DNA of 64,000 nucleotides. It comes from Macrostomum lignano. Lineage: Eukaryota. Under the pieces are notes generated by a model. It searched no databases. It was not told the origin of the DNA and saw only the letters and a list, made by a program, of their open reading frames with translations. This document shows, one piece after another, positions 55,510 to 64,000 of this stretch. A program made the translations under genes and the position numbers. Every line of letters starts with the position of its first letter. The first letter of the stretch is position 1. The stretch covers positions 70,123-134,122 of the forward strand of contig NIVC01002866.1 in NCBI GenBank assembly GCA_002269645.1. The letters run 5' to 3'.

Positions 55510-57790
55510 GATCTATGAGCAGTCCATGAGCAATGGATCAAATGAGTGATTGTCTATGACGAATGGATCAAATGAGCGATTGTCTATGAGCAATTAATCA
55601 AACGAGTGATTGTCTATGAGCAATTGATCAAATGAGCGATTGTCTATGAGCAATGAATCAAATGAGCGATTGTCTATGAGCAGTAGATCAAATGAGCGAT
55701 TGTATGAGCAATAAATCAAATGAGCGATTCTCTATGAGCAATGGATCAAATGAGCGATTGTATGAGCAATGAATCAAATGAGCGATTGTCTATGAGCAAC
55801 GAATCAAATGAGCGATTGTCTATGAGCAGTAGATCAAATGAGCGATTGTCTATGAGCACTGAATCAAATGAGCGATTGTCTATGAGCACTGAATCAAATG
55901 AGCGATTGTCTATGAGCAATTAATCAAACGAGTGATTGTCTATGAGCAATTGATCAAATGAGCGATTGTCTATGAGCAATGAATCAAATGAGCGATTGTC
56001 TATGAGCAGTAGATCAAATGAGCGATTGTATGAGCAATGAATCAAATGAGCGATTGTCTATGAGCAATGGATCAAATGAGCGATTGTATGAGCAATGAAT
56101 CAAATGAGCGATTGTCTATGAGCAACGAATCAAATGAGCGATTGTCTATGAGCAGTAGATCAAATGAGCGATTGTCTATGAGCACTGAATCAAATGAGCG
56201 ATTGTCTATGAGCACTGAATCAAATGAGCGATTGTCTATGAGCACTGAATCAAATGAGCGATTGTCTATGAGCACTGAATCAAATGAGCGATTGTCTATG
56301 AGCAATGAATCAAATGAGCGATTGTCTATGAGCAATGGATCAAATGAACGATTCTCTATGAGGAATGGATCAAATGAGCGATTGTCTATGAGGAATGATC
56401 AAATGAGCGATTGTCTATGAGCAATGAATCAAATGAGCGATTGTCTATGAGCAATGAATCAAATGAGCGATTGTCTATTAGCAATGAATCAAATGAGTGA
56501 TTGTCTATGACGAATGGATCAAATGAGCGATTGTCTATGAGCAATGAATCAAACGAGTGATTGTCTATGAGCAATGGATCAAATGAGCGATTGTCTATGA
56601 GCAATGAGTCAAATGAGCGATTGTATATGAGCAATGAATCAAATGAGCGATTGTATATGAGCAATGAATCAAATGAGCGATTGTATATGAGCAATGAATC
56701 AAATGAGCGATTGTCTATGAGCACTGAATCAAATGAGCGATTGTCTATGAGCAATGAATCAAATGAGCGATTGTCTATGAGCAATGAATCAAATGAGTGA
56801 TTGTCTATGAGGAATGGATCAAATGAGCGATTGTCTATGAGCAATGAATCAAATGAGCGATTGTCTATGAGCAATGAATCAAATGAGCGATTGTCTATGA
56901 GGAATGGATCAAATGAGCGATTGTCTAGAAGCAATGAATCAAATAAGCGATTGTCTATGAGCAATGAATCAAACGAGTGATTGTCTATTAGCAATGAATC
57001 AAATGAGTGATTGTCTATGACGAATGGATCAAATGAGCGATTGTCTATGAGCAATGAATCAAACGAGTGATTGTCTATGAGCAATGGATCAAATGAGCGA
57101 TTGTCTATGAGCAATGAGTCAAATGAGCGATTGTATATGAGCAATGAATCAAATGAGCGATTGTATATGAGCAATGAATCAAATGAGCGATTGTATATGA
57201 GCAATGAATCAAATGAGCGATTGTATATGAGCAATGAATCAAATGAGCGATTGTATATGAGCAATGAATCAAATGAGCGATTGTCTATGAGCACTGAATC
57301 AAATGAGCGATTGTCTATGAGCAATGAATCAAATGAGCGATTGTCTATGAGGAATGGATCAAATGAGCGATTGTCTATGAGCAATGAATAAAATGAGCGA
57401 TTGTCTATGATCAATGAATCAAATGAGCGATTGTCTATGAGCAATGAGTCAAATGAACGATTGTATATGAGCAATGAATCAAATGAGGGATTGTATATGA
57501 GCAATGAATCAAATGAGCGATTGTCTATGAGCAATGAGTCAAATGAGCGATTGTATATGAGCAATGAATCAAATGAGGGATTGTATATGAGCAATGAATC
57601 AAATGAGCGATTGTATATGAGCAATGAATCAAATGAGCGATTGTATATGAGCAATGAGTCAAATGAGGGATTGTATATGAGCAATGAATCAAATGAGCGA
57701 TTGTATATGAGCAATGAATCAAATGAGCGATTGTATATGAGCAATGAATCAAATGAGCGATTGTATATGAGCAATGAATCAAATGAGCGC
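55510..57790. repeat. 30-bp minisatellite atgagcaatgaatcaaatgagcgattgtct
   Basis: Direct inspection; gives the 10-aa-period ORFs. Confidence 0.97.
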
Positions 57791-58657
57791 ATGTCATTTG
57801 TACTAAGTAGAGCAAGCAGCAAACTGACACAATCCACTCCATATGTCTTCATACGTGCGTACAATACGGCAAGCGGACCTTTCCCGCGCCCTCACTGTTA
57901 AATTGGAGAATTCAATAATGGATTTTCATTATTGCACTGGGCAGCTATGGCGCTCGGCTCTGCTTCATAGTGGTGTCAAACTTTGACGGCTGGACTGTTT
58001 GGGGCTGATCAGAGGCTCTTCTTCTGGATTGGGGGCTGGGGAGTGGTGAGGGCTGCTCACGACGGCTCAGCAGCAGACGAGCTGCAACAATAGGAGTGTT
58101 TACCCCCTTTCTGGTGCTTTAGCAGCGCAGACCAGCAGCAGTGCAGTAAGCATTACAGCTGTGAGTTTGGCAATTTCTAGCGGCGGTAAGTGGAACTGTG
58201 ATGGCCGACACGTTACAGGCTCAAGAAAGATTAGGTTCGCTAGATTTAGCTAACAGTTTGCTCCCTACTCCAACTGGACAATGCTTGAGGAAAGCAAGGA
58301 CTTATCGTTAGTGATGCTCAGCGAATGTTCAATATTGCATCAAAAAATACTTGGGAGAGAAGAATTTTATTTTGCTTGCCAGCCGGATGGCAGTTGATTC
58401 AAATGCAAATTAGCTGTTTAAATCGACGCGCCGCGGCCCGATCAAATTTCAGGGCGCTTTTTTTCTCTTGCCAAACTTTTTATTGGCTGCCAAAATCGTT
58501 GGAGGCAGGGAATTCTTTGGCAAGCCCCGAAACTGCTGTGCGGTCCGCCCCCCCCCCCCAAAGCTTGGCAGGGGATATTGGCGCGGAACTCCAGTGCACT
58601 GAAAACAATCTAGGCGAAGTTTCTGCGCGACCCTAGGACGAGTTAAGCTACTCTCGC

Positions 58658-60496
58658 ATGTACAGTCAGGAATCGAACCGGCCAGTGGCGAGCTGGGCCG
58701 CCCTGCGCGGCGTGTTCATGCACCTGAACAGGTTCGCTCAGCACACCAGCATGCATGGCGTTGCGCATCTATTTAGAGCCGACAGCTACGTTAGGCGAGC
58801 ATTCTGGTTGCTGCTCACCTGTCTCACCAGCATGGCCGGATGCTATCACGTCTACCTGACTGTGCACCAGTTCAGCCTGACTCCAGTAAGCACGCTCATT
58901 CTTAACGAAGGAGTCGACACCATATTCCCGGACGTGACCATCTGCAATCTGCGCCCGATGCCGCAGTACCTGCTGAACCACGATAGTCCGGCTAGACGGC
59001 AGTTGGAGTCCAACATGCTTGACCTGATGGTGGCTCTTAGGCGAGTCTACGCCAAAGGTGGCGACATATTCGGCACGCAGAAGTACTTTCACTGGTACAA
59101 TCTATTGCAGCACTACTGGGCGTCAATGGACACGGCCCATCTGGGCCACAACCTGAGCTTGTCGATGGTGGCCTGCTTCTACAAGAAGGCCCCGTGCAGA
59201 CCAGCGGATTTCAAGCTGGTGCAGAACTCGCACTATTGGAATTGCTGGTCATTCCGACCCAAGGATCGAAGCGTGCAAGGCACCGGGCCCAATGACGGCC
59301 TGAATATAATCCTGTATACCAGCACAATGCCACTGGATAACTCCAGCCAGTCGGATCACGTGGTAGAATATCCGCCGCCAAAGCATCGCTCGACGTTAAG
59401 ACAATTGGACACGGTGTTCGGCAAGGCCGGCATGCAAGTGTCCAGCGGCGTCAGGCTGCTCGTGCACGAACCTGGCACGTATCCGCACGTGTACTGGGAG
59501 GGCGCCGACGTTGGCAACGGTTGGAGCGCCGACTTTCGCTTCAAGATGAAGCGAAACGTCTACGTAAACAGAACGGGACATAACTGTGTTGAAAACTACG
59601 GCCACACCGACTATTGGGCGTCGGAGGCCGAGGCAATACAGCGGTTTCGCAAGCGAGGCCAGGACTGCGTGGTCAGGAAGTGGCAGGAGCACCTCATGCG
59701 CAAGTGCCACTGTCAATCGACGTTCCTTCCGACGCAGGACCGCTCGGCTCTCTGCCATTACCTGCGAGCTGCTGGCGTTTCTGCGCAGAACATCTCCGCA
59801 TCTTTCGGGGCCTACAAGTTTCAACAGCTGAAAAGCTTCAACGATGTTGAAAATCAAGTTCGCACGGAGCTTTATGATCAGTTTGCGTCTGAGTGCGGCA
59901 CTGTTCAGGCCTGCGAGCAGAGCAGTTACACATACTCGATCGCGTCCGTTCCTTGGCCTGCGCACACCGACCTGGAGGCCTTCATCCACACGTTTGTTAG
60001 CCCGAAGTTCCACCGGGCCCGCTACCAGGGCCAGCAGCTGTTGGATCAAATCGTCAGATTTCACCGACACCCGGACGGGTCGCGGGACTTCGAGAAAGGC
60101 TGGAGCGTCAGCCACAGATTTGTGAGGCAAAACTTTGTAAAACTACAGGTGTTCGCAGAAGAGTCCAAAAGCACGCTTATTCACGAATCGCCGTCGTATT
60201 CGTTTGTTGAGGTTCTGTCTGAGCTAGGCGGAATCGGCGGCCTCTGGGTTGGCATGTCTCTGGTGACATTCGTTGAGCTGTTCGAGTTCCTGGCCATTCT
60301 GGGCATCAAGTGCACTCAAGTTGCGTCCAGCTACCTTCACTCGCGCTGGACTCGGCAAGCTGGTCAAATGGCTAACGGAGCTTGTCCGGAAGTGCGAACC
60401 ACTGCGAACGCCTGCCTGCACCAGGTCCGCCCAATCACCCGACGAAATTACTTCGGGACCGTGCGTCGTCCTCGAGGAAGCATCCAGCGTAGTTGA
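58658..60496 (+). CDS. DEG/ENaC (amiloride-sensitive sodium channel, ASIC/FaNaC-like) subunit, single-exon CDS, 612 aa
   Basis: Uninterrupted ORF with N-terminal TSMHG, TM1, FPDVTICN, a Cys-rich ectodomain and TM2 VLSELGGIGGLWVGMSLVTFVELFE (GxS filter). Confidence 0.93.
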   Translation: MYSQESNRPVASWAALRGVFMHLNRFAQHTSMHGVAHLFRADSYVRRAFWLLLTCLTSMAGCYHVYLTVHQFSLTPVSTLILNEGVDTIFPDVTICNLRPMPQYLLNHDSPARRQLESNMLDLMVALRRVYAKGGDIFGTQKYFHWYNLLQHYWASMDTAHLGHNLSLSMVACFYKKAPCRPADFKLVQNSHYWNCWSFRPKDRSVQGTGPNDGLNIILYTSTMPLDNSSQSDHVVEYPPPKHRSTLRQLDTVFGKAGMQVSSGVRLLVHEPGTYPHVYWEGADVGNGWSADFRFKMKRNVYVNRTGHNCVENYGHTDYWASEAEAIQRFRKRGQDCVVRKWQEHLMRKCHCQSTFLPTQDRSALCHYLRAAGVSAQNISASFGAYKFQQLKSFNDVENQVRTELYDQFASECGTVQACEQSSYTYSIASVPWPAHTDLEAFIHTFVSPKFHRARYQGQQLLDQIVRFHRHPDGSRDFEKGWSVSHRFVRQNFVKLQVFAEESKSTLIHESPSYSFVEVLSELGGIGGLWVGMSLVTFVELFEFLAILGIKCTQVASSYLHSRWTRQAGQMANGACPEVRTTANACLHQVRPITRRNYFGTVRRPRGSIQRS

Positions 60497-61472
60497 TGAG
60501 GACACCGAACTGGTTGGAATATTTTTATGCCCGGAAGCGTCCAGAAATGAGCACCTCCACGACGGAAATTCATCGAGACTTTCGAGAGGACAGGCAATGC
60601 AGCACGTGTCTGTTGTGTGACACCCCTTACAAGTTTTTTTATAGATTTCAAATTCCCTCCGATTCTTCGGGACCCAAACAATAATGAGCATTTAAAAAAT
60701 TAAATAACTCTACATGTGGATTCTCTTCCAGCCTTATCACAGCTACCTGTCTGATACGAGCGAGAACCGATAGAATTACAATGGCGGGACTACTCGCAAT
60801 GTAAGTTTTAAAGAGAAAAATTGAAGACTCACATATGCTAAAGAATTGCCGTTGTATGAAGCTCTATTTTTATAACTTCTATATCATGTGACAATGTTCC
60901 TTTGGAAGCCGACATTGAGTGCTAATATCTTTATTTAAGTATTTGTTTTATGCTAAAAAGATTCGGTGGATTTCTAGGAAACGTAGAGTCCCGTCTATAG
61001 CTACATGTATTTAATTCGTCCTTGATATCTATCTGAACAGCCTAATCTCAATGCAGTGTAGTACCAGTTGTGTGCGAAACAGGGCCATCGGACTACTAAT
61101 ACCCAAGCTGCTGCACATTACTGTCTCATCTGCTGCTAGAGAATCTTTTTGACCTCATACTGTACCCTCATTCAGTGAGCTGTGAAAATATAAATGTACC
61201 CACTGATCGCTGCAATATGAAAGCTCACGTGTGAATGCAAAATAATTCTACATTGCTGGAAGTTATGGTAAAATTCTGACATCACTTGTACCTTGTATTT
61301 TCTGCTATAAAATAGTAAGTATGGTTAGGAGAATGGGGCGGGACTATATGAATCAAGCATGACGGGTGTTAAACGTAGATGCAGTAATCCACGTTTTGGG
61401 TAGCAACAGCAACGAAAAAGTACGCTTCAAAGTCAAAAGGCGTCAAATAAACGCCCAGTACCTGTTGACTAA

Positions 61473-61570
61473 GTGGCCTACCAGCTGCAGTCGTCGACGG
61501 AGCAACAGGTCGCTGGACAGACCGGCCGGCGTGGTGATAGCGGGCGGTCAGGCAACAGGGCGCGACGCCA
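61473..61570 (-). mobile_element. Short relic of the same LINE clade
   Basis: gtggcctaccagctgcagtcgtcgacggagcaacaggtcgctggacagacc aligns by eye with 50954-51004 (gtggcctgccagctggagtcgccgacggcgcaacaggtcgcttggacggacc). Confidence 0.7.
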
Positions 61571-63197
61571 ACTAATCTTAAAATAGCAGTCACGCAAGTC
61601 CAGCGCTTCTGAAAAATGACGCCAACCTCACATATGCAGCGCACGCATCAAATGCGCTAAAGAGGCAGGGCACTGGATCCATAAATTTTCCGTCAGAGAT
61701 TTGTGAAAACCGTATATTGCCGATTATGTAGGGCTAAAACTGGTTTAGATAGCTCTCTGCTAACGCATCACGTAGTACAATGAATACAGTTAAACTCTGA
61801 GGATCAGGGATTATCCGAAAGTCATTCGGATAGTTCAACCGGTTAATAGAACCTAACCTGCAGTCTTGGCTAATCTCTGTAAGTTTCCCCACGCACGGAG
61901 CGCTTCAGGTCAGAGATTCTACGCCGCACACAAGCAAAGTTGCTTATGAGTTGAGCTGTGTTTGCCAGTTGAGTTAAAAACTAATCAAACACGCCGCGCC
62001 TATAATCCCTGCGGAACTGAGGTTTTTAGCTGGATCTACTGCTGACCTGCGAAGACACTCGGTGCCGTGGCCAAGTGCCGCACTTGTTAGTACAGCAGTT
62101 TAGCCTATTTTCCTCTAGCAGCAGCAGAGCACTTGACGCTCTTGTATCGCACATTTGAAAACGCAGCGGTCGTTAAATGAATAAACAGTTTTTCAAAGTT
62201 ACCGAATTTTAAGTCTGTTGGATTGTAAATCAATTAAAACAAAGTAATCCTTGTTTTTACATTGTTAGACTTTAGACTCCATTTACGAGCTCTATATACA
62301 TCGGGTGCACAATGTCAACTATTTGTTTGTTTCAAGTTTTGTACAGCAGCTAGGGTTCTAATATACACAGCAGCTTGTGACAGGGATTCATGAAGAAATC
62401 GACTAGCCCCAGATGCACCTGACTCACCAAGTCAGGCTCTCGTGTTTTGTTATAATAGTACATGTATATAAAGCAGTTGAGAAGTTGAGTCTGGAAAAGA
62501 AGAGCAGGAGACAAGAACTCGTGAGCTTCATTTCTGCGGCCGCATCACAACTGATTTGCGGCGACTTTGAGTTGAGACTAGCGAAAGCAATTATGACTCC
62601 CTCAGAGTCCTGACGGAACTTCTGTCTTCAATTATTTACAATACACTGCCCAACTGGAAGCAGATCTGATCTCTTCTGCAAGCAAATTTGACTAGCTAAA
62701 GGCTATCGTGGGAGTGCTGCGCAGTGAACTCATAAGATGCTACAATATATCCATCATATGGCTTATCGACATGCGGTTGAGTCAATTCTGCAAGCAGATC
62801 ACGCTCCAAATGACGGGGGAACAGATGTCGTGGAATCGCATGTGACAGTTACATGTACAGTTGTACAATGTATGTAAGGAAGAAGAATAGAATGTAGAAT
62901 TTCTCAAGATATCTCAGTCTACGAGCAACCAATCTCTATCCCTTCTATCTAATCCCTAGCTAATAGTACTGTATGGAAGTTAAACCAGACTGGGTTTTAA
63001 AAAAGAAACCGCAGCTTGGTTCGAGCAGCAGTCAATCTGCATACCGGCTCGTATCGATGAATTCAGACAGCAAATCAGACACTGCCTATCACATCCTCTT
63101 ACATGCTTTTGAAACTTTCTGCGCAACAAATTTAATTCTTGCACCTCGAACGAAACAGAAATTTGCTTCATTTGGAATTCTTTCCGTGCCTCAAGGT

Positions 63198-63842
63198 AAT
63201 CAGTTCCTCTACCTCGGCGGACTGGTGCCGGACGTGAGCGACGACCTGGCGAGACGGCGCGGCAAGGCCTATGTCGCTTTTCGATCTGTTCGGGCGGTGC
63301 TGCTCTCGGAGGCCCTGTCGGCCAGCGCCAGGTCCCAGCTGTTCCAGGCTGTTGTTGAGATCGCCCTCTTGTACAATGCTGAGACCTGGTCGCTGACCGG
63401 GCGCTCGAGAGGCAGCTCATCGCGGCGCATGCGGCTCTGGTTCGTGCCGCGTTTGGCGCCCGCCACGGCCCTGGCAGCAGCGAGACGACTGACTCCCTGG
63501 TACCAGCATCGCGCCTGACGCTGCCGTCTTTCCTGCTGAGCAAGCGACGTCTGCGCGGCTTGCGGGGCATGTTTATCCGGGTCGAAGCCTTACTGCCCAG
63601 AGACGCTGCAGGACGTCCTGCTGTGGACTCCGCAGGGACCTCGCATTCGCGGACAGGGACGAGTGGCTCGCCGTGGATCGAGCGTCTTTTCGATGATGCG
63701 CGAGCACCCAGCCATGCAGGCCGGCAGCAGGCGTGAAGCACATCAGAGACCTTGCCACGAAGCGCGCGATTTGACGCCTCCTCTTTTTGGCCACTTTTTT
63801 GTGGTCGGCGCGGGCGTGAGATTATTGTTATTATTATTATTT
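63198..63842 (+). mobile_element. 3' fragment of a related RTE-like LINE with a (TTA)n tail
   Basis: FLYLGGLVPDVSDDLARRRGKAYVAFRSVRAVL...LLYNAETW and ...LAGHV...YCPE...HIRDLATKRAI* parallel the 50.8-51.3 kb element. ATT/TTA microsatellite tail at ~63823-63842. Confidence 0.8.
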
Positions 63843-64000
63843 CTGAGGCGAAATATCTTATAAAATACATGTACATCTTATTGAACTTAGGCCCATGATG
63901 TGCGAGAAATCCACATGCAAATACGCCTAAGTTGCTCCTTTCGAATGCATTTTTCCAGGAAACTCCGTGCTTTTAATAGAAGTGCAGTTGCAACTAGCCT

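Noticed and set aside
56386-57864. 492-aa (SFDSLLIDNR)n ORF resembling an LRR or surface protein
   Set aside because: Translation of the 30-bp satellite, with no unique coding flank.
59396-60130. 244-aa antisense ORF
   Set aside because: Shadow ORF opposite the GC-rich DEG/ENaC CDS, with no motifs.
61812-61832. 8-bp-stem hairpin tatccgaa...ttcggata
   Set aside because: Too short to exceed chance; no tRNA or SINE boxes seen around it.
62973-63518. 181-aa ORF as a host gene or domesticated RT
   Set aside because: The N-terminal half is AT-rich flank fused by chance to a frameshifted LINE fragment lacking the catalytic motifs.

Overview
Eukaryotic (metazoan) genomic DNA, not prokaryotic. The GC-rich, CpG-rich exons, the introns and spacers filled with locus-specific minisatellites, and the RTE-like LINEs suggest a flatworm such as Macrostomum (inference, not verified). 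I manually spliced seven protein-coding genes: a 5'-partial GLUT/SLC2-type sugar transporter (+), an MCT/SLC16-type transporter (+), an alpha-arrestin with a PPxY motif (-), a klumpfuss-like C2H2 zinc-finger gene (+), lst-2/ZFYVE28 (-), an unrecognised 4-exon protein (-) and a degenerate calmodulin-like gene (-). An eighth gene, a DEG/ENaC channel (+), has an intron-free CDS. There are three RTE-clade LINE relics, several MITE-like inverted repeats and more than 30 distinct tandem arrays. Most long ORFs in the supplied track are artefacts of those arrays. The most unusual observations are: (1) a 293-bp TIR-bounded element carrying the 28S rDNA H69-H71 segment, the R2/Pokey/I-PpoI target site; (2) an AT-rich, CpG-depleted ~5-kb domain where repeat mismatches are mostly CpG deaminations; (3) a 34-bp array with two CSL/Su(H)/LAG-1-type sites per unit, lying between klu-like and lst-2, whose homologues are Notch targets, close to a TATCGATA (DRE) array; (4) intronic arrays built from copies of the gene's own splice acceptor. 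No CRISPR, tRNA or intact rRNA gene is supported.
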